Shown here: positions 49,685-58,363 of the stretch, in pieces
How the letters are laid out: each line of letters begins with the position of its first letter
Position numbering within the stretch: the stretch's first letter is position 1
Source: Bdellovibrionota bacterium
Lineage (GTDB): Bacteria > Bdellovibrionota > UBA1018 > UBA923
Direction: 5' to 3'
Assembly: GCA_040754655.1 (NCBI GenBank)
Contig: JBFMCE010000003.1
Location: 3,231 to 67,230, forward strand
Length of the DNA stretch: 64,000 nt
Notes under the pieces: generated by a model
What the model saw: the letters and a program-made list of their open reading frames with translations, nothing else
What the model was told of the DNA's origin: nothing
Databases searched by the model: none
Position numbers and translations under genes: made by a program

Positions 49685-50715
49685 GCGACAGGAAGATCGG
49701 GGAAGGGCAACGCCCCTTCATTATCGCCGAAATGTCGGGTAATCATAACCAGTCGCTGGAAAAGGCATTGGCCATTGTTGATGCGGCCGCCGACGCGGGC
49801 GTGCATGCGCTGAAGATCCAAACTTATACGGCCGATACCATGACGCTTGATCTCGCTGAGCGAGAGTTCGTTATCAAAGATCCGAAGAGTTTATGGAACG
49901 GATATTCGCTCTACAAATTGTACGAGGAGGCGCATACTCCTTGGGAGTGGCACAAACCCATTTTTGAACGGTGCCGTGCGCGAGGGGTAATAGGTTTTAG
50001 CACGCCTTTTGACCGAACTGCTGTTGAATTTCTCAAGACTTTGAACGTTCCTTTTTACAAGATCGCGTCTTTTGAAATTACGGATCTACCCTTGATCGCG
50101 ATGGTGGCTCGCACCGGGAAACCCATGCTGATGTCGGTGGGCATGGCTACGGCTGAAGAAATTGAAGAAGCTGTTGCAACGGCGCGTGCGGAGGGATGCG
50201 AAGAACTCGTGCTGCTCAAATGCACGAGCAGTTATCCGGCGAGTCCTGAGCACACGAACATCAGTACGATTGCTGATATGCGAAAAAGATTCCAATGCAA
50301 TGTGGGGCTTTCAGATCACACTATGGGAGTTGGGGTCGCCGTCGCCGCCATTGCTTTTGGGGCCACGGTCATTGAAAAACACTTTACGCTTTCTCGGACC
50401 GAGGGCGGAGTGGATTCCGCATTTTCTCTCGAGCCTCATGAGATGAAGAGCCTTGTGATCGAGTCTGAAAGAGCTTGGCAGGCGATTGGAAGCGTGAGCT
50501 ATGGCCCGACCGAAAAAGAGAGGCCATCTTTGCAGTATCGGCGATCGATATACATCGCTGAGGATCTGCGCGCAGGCGATGTTTTGAATGCGAAGAACCT
50601 TCGAATCATCCGTCCAGGCTTGGGGCTTGCGCCAAAGCACTATCAAGAACTCTTGGGTAAAGCTTTGAAGAGAGATGCTTCAAAAGGCACCCCAATGAGC
50701 TGGGATTTGGTATGA
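49666..50715 (+). CDS. pseI: Pseudaminic acid synthase PseI (NeuB family with SAF domain)
   Basis: PFIIAEMSGNHNQS NeuB motif and C-terminal SAF region RRSIYIAEDLRAGDVLNAKNLRIIRPGLG. Confidence 0.9.
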   Translation: MRTISIGDRKIGEGQRPFIIAEMSGNHNQSLEKALAIVDAAADAGVHALKIQTYTADTMTLDLAEREFVIKDPKSLWNGYSLYKLYEEAHTPWEWHKPIFERCRARGVIGFSTPFDRTAVEFLKTLNVPFYKIASFEITDLPLIAMVARTGKPMLMSVGMATAEEIEEAVATARAEGCEELVLLKCTSSYPASPEHTNISTIADMRKRFQCNVGLSDHTMGVGVAVAAIAFGATVIEKHFTLSRTEGGVDSAFSLEPHEMKSLVIESERAWQAIGSVSYGPTEKERPSLQYRRSIYIAEDLRAGDVLNAKNLRIIRPGLGLAPKHYQELLGKALKRDASKGTPMSWDLV

Positions 50716-51338
50716 CGGCAGTGAGTCGAATCGTTCTTTTGGATACCGGCATCGGCAACATCCAGTCGGTTGCAAACGTCTTGGAATACATTGGCGCTCA
50801 TTTCTGGGTCTCAGATAAGATCGAAGATTTGTCTAAAGCAGATAAGATCATTTTTCCCGGCGTAGGGACTTATGGCAACGCCATCAAGCGCATGAAAGAG
50901 AAGGGGCTCTTTGAGCCGCTGAAACACGCGATGAACGTCGATCAAAAACCTAGCCTTGGTATTTGCGTAGGCATGCAAGTTCTTTCGGAAATCGGATATG
51001 AGTTTGGTGAGCATCAAGGTTTAGGGATTATTCCTGGAAGCGTCAAGAGGCTGCAAACTGCCGATCGAAAACTGCGCTTGCCCCATGTCGGTTGGAACGA
51101 CGTGAGTCTTAACAAGGACTCCGCCCTTTTTAAGGATATTGAACAAGGCGCATCGTTCTATTTCCTGCACAGCTATTATTTTGAGCCCTCTGATCGTTCA
51201 AACATTTCTTGCACCGTAGATTACGGGCAAAGGTTCACCGCCGCGATCGAGAGGGGAAATGTTTTTGGCGTCCAGTTCCACCCTGAAAAAAGTCAAGGCC
51301 CTGGCATTCAACTGTTTAAGAACTTCGTGGAGATGTGA
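50712..51338 (+). CDS. HisH-like glutamine amidotransferase, copy 2
   Basis: IIFPGVGTY...GICVGMQ...VQFHPEKS. Confidence 0.85.
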   Translation: MTAVSRIVLLDTGIGNIQSVANVLEYIGAHFWVSDKIEDLSKADKIIFPGVGTYGNAIKRMKEKGLFEPLKHAMNVDQKPSLGICVGMQVLSEIGYEFGEHQGLGIIPGSVKRLQTADRKLRLPHVGWNDVSLNKDSALFKDIEQGASFYFLHSYYFEPSDRSNISCTVDYGQRFTAAIERGNVFGVQFHPEKSQGPGIQLFKNFVEM

Positions 51339-51344
51339 CGAGAG

Positions 51345-52157
51345 ATGCTAAAGCACAGGCTTATTCCGTGCCTATTCTTGAGAAATGGGGTTTTAGTTCA
51401 GAGCAGGGGCTTTAAGCGCTACCAAATGCTGGGAAATCCAGTGGTCGCCGTTGATCGCTACAACCAGTGGGGGGTCGATGAATTGATTTACATCGATATT
51501 ACGCCCGGAGCCTATAGCGGCCTGAACCGCGAGGACGTCGCTTCGCCGAGTCGCAACAACATTTTAGATATCATTCGTGACGTCTCGAAGAAGTGTTTCA
51601 TGCCCCTGACTTTTGGCGGTGGGGTGCGAACCTTGAAAGACATTGGCGATAGGCTCGCTTGTGGCGCAGATAAGGTGACGGTCAACACGGCGGCCTTAGA
51701 TGATCCCAAGTTCATTTCAGAGGGTGCAAAAGAATATGGCTCGCAGTGCATTATCCTCTCGATCGATGTCAAGAGGGCGGAAGATGGTTCTTGTCGAGTT
51801 GTGCGCAGTGGCAAAGCGATGACTGATCTTGATGTGATCGAATGGGCTAAAAAAGCTGAGGGACTGGGGGCGGGAGAAATCTTCCTCAATTCCGTTGATC
51901 GCGATGGATCAGGACAAGGTTATGACCTTGAGTTGGTTCGTACGGTCGCACGCTCAGTAAACGTGCCTGTCATTGCTTGTGGAGGAGTCGGAAACTGGGA
52001 CCACTTGGTAGAAGGCGTCAGGCAGGGAGAGGCTTCGGCAGTAGCGGCAGCCAATATTTTCAGCTATAAAGAACAAAGCATTATCGAAGCAAAACAGTAC
52101 TTGATCAAATCCGGCCTGAATTTCCGTCCTGACGGAGCGGGTGAAGGAGTCAAATAA
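51345..52157 (+). CDS. HisF-like cyclase subunit homologue, copy 2
   Basis: RLIPCLFLRNGVLVQSRGF, FGGGVRT, ACGGVGN. Confidence 0.85.
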   Translation: MLKHRLIPCLFLRNGVLVQSRGFKRYQMLGNPVVAVDRYNQWGVDELIYIDITPGAYSGLNREDVASPSRNNILDIIRDVSKKCFMPLTFGGGVRTLKDIGDRLACGADKVTVNTAALDDPKFISEGAKEYGSQCIILSIDVKRAEDGSCRVVRSGKAMTDLDVIEWAKKAEGLGAGEIFLNSVDRDGSGQGYDLELVRTVARSVNVPVIACGGVGNWDHLVEGVRQGEASAVAAANIFSYKEQSIIEAKQYLIKSGLNFRPDGAGEGVK

Positions 52158-52161
52158 AGCC

Positions 52162-53283
52162 ATGCAGTATTGTTCACGTTGTGTTTATCCAGAGATCGCG
52201 GTCAACCTTCTCTTAGATGATGAAGGGATCTGTTCCGCCTGCCGGTCTTATGAAGAGTTTGAAAAGCTTCCACTTGAGTTCTGGAACCAAAGAGAAGTTG
52301 CCTTTCGAGATCTTTTAGAGAGCTATCGCAATAAGAAACAAGACAACTATGATTGCATCATTCCGGTTTCGGGCGGGAAAGACAGCTATTGGCAGACCCA
52401 TCTCGTAAAAAATGTTTATAAGCTGACTCCGTTGTTGGTGACCTATCATGGCAACCGTTTTCTTCCCGAAGGCGAAGAGAACCTCAATAACATGCGGCAT
52501 GTCTTCGGAGTCGATCACGTCATTTTTCGCCCAAGCACCGAAATGTTGAAGAAACTCAACAGAGCTGGCTTTAAGAAGACCGGAGACATGAATTGGCACA
52601 ACCATTGCGGCATTTACACCTATCCGGTTCAAATGGCGGCTCAACTCAATATTCCTTTGATCGTTTGGGGTGAAACACCTTGGGATATTTCTGGCATGTT
52701 CGGGGCCAACGACTTCCCTGAGATGAGCGCGAGAGAGCGCCTTGAGCATGGGCAGCGCGGTTTTGATTGGCACGACTTCGTGGGCGTGGAGGGGCTTGAG
52801 GCTAAAGACTTGCTCTGGGCGCGTTACCCAAGCGACGAAGAGATCAAGCGCGTGGGGATTCGCGGCATTTACGTCGGCAACTTTATCAAGTGGGATGAGA
52901 ACAAGCATTCCAAGCTGGTTGAGGAGAAGTACGGTTTCCAGAAAGCCAGGCAGCCCTTCGAGCGTACGTACCGGCTTTTCTCGAACTTGGATGATATCCA
53001 TGAAAATGGCGCGCATGACTATCTGAAGTACATTAAATTTGGCTATGGCCGGGCTTCGGATCACGCTTCAAAAGATATCCGCAAAGGTTATATGACCCGT
53101 GAGCAAGGTATTGAAATGGTCCGAAAATATGACGCCGTCAAATCGAGTGATACCTACAATTGGCTTGAGTACGTGGGGATGAGTGAAAAGGAATTTGATG
53201 AAATAGCCGACACGTTTCGCGACAAACGGGTCTGGCGGAAAGATTCAGCGGGCAATTGGGTCAAAGACAATCTTTGGGATTGA
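52162..53283 (+). CDS. N-acetyl sugar amidotransferase, PP-loop ATPase, copy 2
   Basis: CSRCVYPE...CSACRS zinc ribbon and PP-loop IPVSGGKDSY, paralogous to the ORF at 42921. The ATG at 52162 has an AGGAG RBS. Confidence 0.8.
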   Translation: MQYCSRCVYPEIAVNLLLDDEGICSACRSYEEFEKLPLEFWNQREVAFRDLLESYRNKKQDNYDCIIPVSGGKDSYWQTHLVKNVYKLTPLLVTYHGNRFLPEGEENLNNMRHVFGVDHVIFRPSTEMLKKLNRAGFKKTGDMNWHNHCGIYTYPVQMAAQLNIPLIVWGETPWDISGMFGANDFPEMSARERLEHGQRGFDWHDFVGVEGLEAKDLLWARYPSDEEIKRVGIRGIYVGNFIKWDENKHSKLVEEKYGFQKARQPFERTYRLFSNLDDIHENGAHDYLKYIKFGYGRASDHASKDIRKGYMTREQGIEMVRKYDAVKSSDTYNWLEYVGMSEKEFDEIADTFRDKRVWRKDSAGNWVKDNLWD

Positions 53284-53289
53284 GACACG

Positions 53290-54288
53290 ATGATGAAATA
53301 TGAAGATATCAGCCCGTCTTCGCTCTTAGGCGATCAGAATGCGGCGATGATGCAAGATGTTGCAATGCTACAAGGGAGGCGACGAGAGTTCGTCGAAGTC
53401 GCTTGTCCAGCGTGCGCGGGTTCTCGGCGCACGTCTCTGTATGAGAAATATGGGATGCAGCACGTTGCCTGTGGTGATTGCGAGACCCAGTATATTTCGC
53501 CGCGACCCACCACCAAGGTATTAAGAGACTTTTACGCGCACTCAAAAAACTACGAATACTGGGCCAAACACATCTTTCCTGCAACAGCCGAAGTGAGGCG
53601 AGAGCGCATTTTTAAGCCCAGGGCAAAGCTCATCGCGGATCTCAGCCGGCAGCACGGCGCAAGACCCGGACTTCTCATGGAAGTCGGAGCAGGTTATGGC
53701 TTCTTTTGCGAAGAGATAGGCAAACTTCAGGTTTTTGACCGCGTTGTTGGCATCGAGCCCACCCCTCATTTGGCCGAGATCTGCCGTAAAAAAGGGATTG
53801 AGACGATTGAGTCGGTAATCGAAGACGTCAACCTTGAGGTGAAAGCCGATGTGGTCGTCAATTTCGAGGTCATCGAGCATCTCTTTGACCCCCATGCTTT
53901 CTTGGCTGCATGTCTCGAGCGACTCAATCCTAAAGGGCACTTGATCTTGACTTGCCCCAATATCGCGGGCTTCGAAACACAGATGCTCAAGAGGTCTTCT
54001 GACACGATTGACCATGAGCATTTGAATTATTTTTCTCCTGCTTCCCTGAAAAAACTGGCGGAACGAGTGGGCTTTCAAGTGATTCGTGTGCAGACACCGG
54101 GTGTGCTTGATGTGGATATCGTGTACCAACGGCTGAAAGACCAAGTGAAGGAAGGTATTGAAGTAGATCCTTTTATCCAAAGAATTCTCTTTTCCCAAGA
54201 TGAGAGCTTGCGCGATCAGTTCCAGAAGTTTTTGACTGAAGCAGGGCTTTCATCGAACATGATGCTGATCGCGCAAAAACCTCGATGA
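53290..54288 (+). CDS. Class I SAM-dependent methyltransferase with N-terminal Cys4 zinc-ribbon (paralogous architecture to 3354-4247)
   Basis: CPACAG...CGDC ribbon, LMEVGAGYGFF motif I, FEVIEHLFDP. Confidence 0.7.
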   Translation: MMKYEDISPSSLLGDQNAAMMQDVAMLQGRRREFVEVACPACAGSRRTSLYEKYGMQHVACGDCETQYISPRPTTKVLRDFYAHSKNYEYWAKHIFPATAEVRRERIFKPRAKLIADLSRQHGARPGLLMEVGAGYGFFCEEIGKLQVFDRVVGIEPTPHLAEICRKKGIETIESVIEDVNLEVKADVVVNFEVIEHLFDPHAFLAACLERLNPKGHLILTCPNIAGFETQMLKRSSDTIDHEHLNYFSPASLKKLAERVGFQVIRVQTPGVLDVDIVYQRLKDQVKEGIEVDPFIQRILFSQDESLRDQFQKFLTEAGLSSNMMLIAQKPR

Positions 54289-55892
54289 AGGCGTTCTCTT
54301 TACTGAAAAAAATCTGCAGGCGCGTGCTTCTTGATTCTGACGAACGTCATTTCGCACGCCACCAGGCTGAATACTCAAAGCGTTTGCTGAAGAATACGAA
54401 GCAGGACAAGAGGCGCATCCTCATCGACTTCTTCGACTCGAATTTAGTGGTTTACAGTTCAGGCCTTACTGCGCGTTATCTTGCGAGCAAGCTCAATGCC
54501 TCGATCGATGGTTTCCTCTTCGCTCGTGGCTGGGCCGGAAGACTCGGGATCCCGAGCCGAAGAATCGAGAAACTTTATGGGGCTTTTGGGGCGCGACCTA
54601 GGCTTTCTTTCAAAGAAGGGGAAAGGTTTTCGAAAGAGGCTCAAGAATACGCCGATCAGACGTTCTCAAGCCTGAAAAACAAATGGGATGTGGTCAACCT
54701 TTCAATCGATGGGGTGAAGATCGGTGATCTCGTGTATGACACCTACCTTCGAGCGGGCCGCTGGACCGTTGACCTCGCCGATCCGAGGCTAAAAGAAATC
54801 CTTTGCGACGCTTTTCTGATCTTCAAGCTTTGCAGAGAGTACTTCCGAAACCACGACGTCTGCGCAGTCATTACCTCTCACTGCGTGTATATTTCTCATG
54901 GCATCTTGGTCAGGGTCGCCAGCACTTTCCGAGTTCCTGTATTTTTCGTCATGGACCCTTATAAATTCCAAGTCGTCGAAGTTCGCGAAGATAACAATCA
55001 CTATCATTTTTATTACCACCGCTATAAAGAGCTCTTTGCGCGATTTAACGAAGTTGAAAAACAAAAGCATCGCGACGAAGCAAGAAAGGTTTTGCTAGAG
55101 CGGCTGTCAGGCAAGATCGACAGCGGGATCGCCGACATCCTGGAAGACGGTAGACCCGGATTGCACGGTTATGGCGCATTTTCAGAAGGCCGCTTGCTCA
55201 AAGAGACGGGGCGCCCTCGCGTGATCGTCATGCTCAATTGTTTTCTCGATGCCCCTCATTGTTATCGCGACATGCTCTTCCCTGATTTTTGGGAATGGAT
55301 CAACTTCGTGCTCAGTCGCGCTTCTCAGACATCGTTTGATTGGTACGTAAAGCCCCATCCCGGAGGTCTTCCTCAGAACGATCTTGTCTTGGAAGAACTC
55401 AAGAGAAAATACCCCAAAGTGAATTTCCTCGGTCGGTCTGCGTCGAATCGGCAAATTGCCGCAGAAGGAATCGACGCGATGTTCACGGTGTTCGGCACCG
55501 CGGCCCATGAGTTTGCTTACATGGGCATCCCGGTCGTGACCGCGGGAGACAACCCTCACGTCAACTATGGGTTTAACTTTCATCCTCGCACGGTTGAGGA
55601 GTACGAGAAATTCATCGCGAATGCCGGTCATTTGAAGATCGAGATCGACAAAGCCGAGATCGAAGAGTTTTTTTACATGCATTACATCGATGCGCATCGA
55701 CCGAATCCGTTCGGTGCGATCTGCGTTGATGATTCTTTGAGCTCGCAGGTTGTTGGCGCCCGGGTCAATCATCCAAGCATACTCAAGGATTACGTCAGGA
55801 CGGAAACCCAAGAGAAACTGCAAAAATTAGAAGCTTATTTGGGTGATTTTTTTGGGAACTATTTCCCTCAGATCAAAAACGAGCCTGGCTGA
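54285..55892 (+). CDS. Large hypothetical GT-B-like protein (Capsule_synth/TagF-like?), paralog group A; candidate nonulosonate transferase
   Basis: 535 aa. VIVMLNCFLDAPH...WYVKPHPGG...FTVFGTAAHEFAYMGIPVV shares the [KR].HP / S/T-rich / G.PV pattern with 14543 and 59629. It is the last gene of the pse operon. Confidence 0.3.
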   Translation: MKAFSLLKKICRRVLLDSDERHFARHQAEYSKRLLKNTKQDKRRILIDFFDSNLVVYSSGLTARYLASKLNASIDGFLFARGWAGRLGIPSRRIEKLYGAFGARPRLSFKEGERFSKEAQEYADQTFSSLKNKWDVVNLSIDGVKIGDLVYDTYLRAGRWTVDLADPRLKEILCDAFLIFKLCREYFRNHDVCAVITSHCVYISHGILVRVASTFRVPVFFVMDPYKFQVVEVREDNNHYHFYYHRYKELFARFNEVEKQKHRDEARKVLLERLSGKIDSGIADILEDGRPGLHGYGAFSEGRLLKETGRPRVIVMLNCFLDAPHCYRDMLFPDFWEWINFVLSRASQTSFDWYVKPHPGGLPQNDLVLEELKRKYPKVNFLGRSASNRQIAAEGIDAMFTVFGTAAHEFAYMGIPVVTAGDNPHVNYGFNFHPRTVEEYEKFIANAGHLKIEIDKAEIEEFFYMHYIDAHRPNPFGAICVDDSLSSQVVGARVNHPSILKDYVRTETQEKLQKLEAYLGDFFGNYFPQIKNEPG

Positions 55893-56524
55893 CGTTCTTT
55901 TACGATGCGTGCCGGAGTTCCGACGGCAACTACGTTTTGGGGAATGTCTTCCACCACCGCAGCACCCGCGCCGATGAGCGCATGCTCGCCCACATTGATC
56001 TGATGGATGATCGAGGCGCCAAGCCCCACCATCGACATCTTGCCGATCTTGCAGTTGCCTCCGAGAGTTGCACCGGGTCCGATGCTGGCAAAGTCTTCAA
56101 CCGCGCAGTCGTGGTCGATGCTCGAAGCCGTATTGACGATGCAATGAGAGCCTATTTTTGTTGAGGGGTTGATGCAGGTCCCGGCCATGACGACGCTTCC
56201 GGGTCCGATTTCCACATCTTTGCCAATTTGCGCACTGGGATGGATGGCGACTACAAATTGAAAACCTGGGGCCAAGCGCCCGATTCTTTCAACAAGCTTT
56301 GACCTCGCCCAATTGTCGCCGATGGCCACGATCCCTTGAGTGACTTTGAATTCACCCAATCGAGACTCTGGGCCTAAAACGGGGTAACCAAGGGCTGTGG
56401 CCGTCTTTACAGAATCGTCGAGGATACCGACGATCTTGTACTTGCCTTGTTTTTCCAAGATATCGATGATGACTTTGGCGTGGCCGCCCGCTCCAAAGAC
56501 AAGAACCGGTTCTTTCATTCCCAT
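55868..56524 (-). CDS. NeuD/PglD-family sugar N-/O-acetyltransferase (left-handed beta-helix), LegH-like
   Basis: N-terminal Rossmann-like PVLVFGAGGHAKVI followed by hexapeptide repeats IGPGSVVMAGTCINPSTKIGSHCIVNTAS. Confidence 0.8.
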   Translation of the reverse strand: MGMKEPVLVFGAGGHAKVIIDILEKQGKYKIVGILDDSVKTATALGYPVLGPESRLGEFKVTQGIVAIGDNWARSKLVERIGRLAPGFQFVVAIHPSAQIGKDVEIGPGSVVMAGTCINPSTKIGSHCIVNTASSIDHDCAVEDFASIGPGATLGGNCKIGKMSMVGLGASIIHQINVGEHALIGAGAAVVEDIPQNVVAVGTPARIVKERQPGSFLI

Positions 56525-56533
56525 ACCTATAAA

Positions 56534-56555
56534 TTGGCGCTGATGATAACGCCAA
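56534..56555. promoter_or_regulatory. Inverted repeat TTGGCG-N10-CGCCAA in a divergent intergenic region
   Basis: Read directly from the sequence. Lies between the NeuD-like start (56524, minus) and the PtmE-like start (56619, plus). Confidence 0.25.
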
Positions 56556-56618
56556 AGCTAACGAATTGCAGTCTGAATATCTAGTAAAAAAGCCGAGTTA
56601 TGGCTATAGATAGAAACT

Positions 56619-57668
56619 ATGAAGAACTGGCGAGATGCTTTGGTCAGAACGGATTCCACGGTTCGGGACGTGATTCAGAACCTGAACACAAGTCGAATTC
56701 AAATCGCTCTTGTGGTCGATTCCAACGAGACTTTGCTGGGCACAGTGGTGGACGGGGATATTCGTCGCGCGATCCTGAAAGGAATACCCCTTGAATCCAA
56801 TATCAGCGCGATCATGAACAAGTCTCCAAAAACCGCGCGTACGCAAGAAACTCGCGAAGAGATTCTCGCGAAGATGAAGAAGACCAAACTGCGCCATTTT
56901 CCGATCGTTGATGAGAAGGGCCGAGTCGTGGGGCTTGAGCTCTTGGAAGAGCTGATGCTTCCGGCCCAGAAGAACAATGAGGTTGTGATCATGGCTGGAG
57001 GAATGGGCAGCCGCCTCGGCGAGTTGACGGCTGAGCGCCCAAAACCCTTATTGAATGTCGGGAATAAGCCTTTGCTTGAAACCATTTTGCTGAGTTTTAA
57101 ACAGCAAGGATTTTTTAAGTTCTCGATCTCGGTTCACTACAAGGCCGATATGATCGAAGACCACTTCAGGGACGGCTCAGACTTGGGAGTGCAGATCAAA
57201 TACCTGCGCGAAGACCAAAAACTAGGCACGGCAGGCGCATTAGGGCTGATCGAGGAAAAACCCCATTTGCCTTTTGTCGTCATGAATGGCGACCTGCTGA
57301 CGAAGGTCAATTTCGAGCGGCTTCTTGAAACCCATGAAGAGCAAAAGGCGGCGTTGACGATGTGTGTGCGCGAATATGACCTTCAAGTCCCGTACGGGGT
57401 TGTTCGCCTTGAGAACCAGAAGGTCGTGGGGATCGATGAAAAACCTGTTCAGCGCTTTTTCGTGAACGCTGGCATCTATGTGCTTGATCCATCAGTACTC
57501 GAGTTTATACCAAAGAATCAGTCTCTCGATATGCCCGCGCTTGTCGAGACTTTGATCAAGAGTCGGTTGAAGACGGTGGCTTTTCCGGTGACCGAGTATT
57601 GGCTTGATATCGGGCGCCACTCTGACCTTGAGCGCGCCAAGGATGAATTTCTCGGAGAGTTCAAGTGA
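56619..57668 (+). CDS. CBS-domain sugar-phosphate nucleotidyltransferase, PtmE-like (GlcN-1-P guanylyltransferase type of legionaminic acid pathway)
   Basis: Two CBS-like segments (QIALVVDSNETLLGTVVDGDIRRA; LRHFPIVDEKGRVVGL), then the NTP-transferase motif VVIMAGGMGSRLGELTAERPKPLL. Confidence 0.75.
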   Translation: MKNWRDALVRTDSTVRDVIQNLNTSRIQIALVVDSNETLLGTVVDGDIRRAILKGIPLESNISAIMNKSPKTARTQETREEILAKMKKTKLRHFPIVDEKGRVVGLELLEELMLPAQKNNEVVIMAGGMGSRLGELTAERPKPLLNVGNKPLLETILLSFKQQGFFKFSISVHYKADMIEDHFRDGSDLGVQIKYLREDQKLGTAGALGLIEEKPHLPFVVMNGDLLTKVNFERLLETHEEQKAALTMCVREYDLQVPYGVVRLENQKVVGIDEKPVQRFFVNAGIYVLDPSVLEFIPKNQSLDMPALVETLIKSRLKTVAFPVTEYWLDIGRHSDLERAKDEFLGEFK

Positions 57669-58363
57669 TTCAAGGGAAGAAAGTCCTTGCGGTCATTTGC
57701 GCTCGCGGAGGCTCAAAGGGCATTCCTCGTAAAAATATCCGGGCGCTTGGCGGAAAACCGCTCATTGTTTGGAGCATCGAAGAGGCGAAGAAGTCACGCT
57801 TTATCGATCGTCTTGTTCTCTCATCCGATGACCAAGAGATCATTCAAGTTGCGGAAAAGTTTGGTTGCGAAGCGCCATTCGTGCGGCCGGCTGAATTGGC
57901 TGGTGACGAAGTCTCGGGAGTAGATCCTGTTTTGCATGCCCTTAAAGAGTTGCCCGGTTATGACTACGTTGTGCTGTTGCAGCCGACTTCACCCTTTCGA
58001 ACGGCTCAAGACATCGATGGTTGCATTGAGCTTTGCTTAGAGAAGAGTTCTCCATCGTGCGTCAGTATTGCCGAGGCCGAGCAGAGTCCGTATTGGATGT
58101 TTAGCCTCAATGAAGGTTTGTGTCTTTCGCCTTTATTCGACCTGAAGTCTATGCCAACGCGCAGGCAAGAAGCCAAGACCGTGTACTCGCTCAACGGAGC
58201 GGTCTATGTCGCTAAGACGGACTGGCTTTTGAAAACGAGAGGTTTTCTGACTGCCGAGACATCGGGGTATCTCATGCCAAAAGAGAGGTCGCTTGACCTT
58301 GATGATGAGCTCGATTGGGATGTGGCACAAGCACTGCTCGCTCGAAAAAGGGGAGGCGCGTGA
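57665..58363 (+). CDS. Acylneuraminate cytidylyltransferase family (CMP-legionaminic acid synthetase LegF-like)
   Basis: LAVICARGGSKGIPRKN NeuA motif. GTGA stop/start overlap with the PtmE-like gene. Confidence 0.8.
   Translation: MIQGKKVLAVICARGGSKGIPRKNIRALGGKPLIVWSIEEAKKSRFIDRLVLSSDDQEIIQVAEKFGCEAPFVRPAELAGDEVSGVDPVLHALKELPGYDYVVLLQPTSPFRTAQDIDGCIELCLEKSSPSCVSIAEAEQSPYWMFSLNEGLCLSPLFDLKSMPTRRQEAKTVYSLNGAVYVAKTDWLLKTRGFLTAETSGYLMPKERSLDLDDELDWDVAQALLARKRGGA

Noticed and set aside
52315-53064. 249 aa minus-strand ORF inside the second amidotransferase gene.
   Set aside because: It is antisense to a gene with a clear PP-loop and zinc-ribbon and has no motifs of its own.
53542-54198. 218 aa minus-strand ORF inside the zinc-ribbon methyltransferase gene.
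   Set aside because: It is an antisense artefact. The plus-strand frame carries the SAM-binding motifs.
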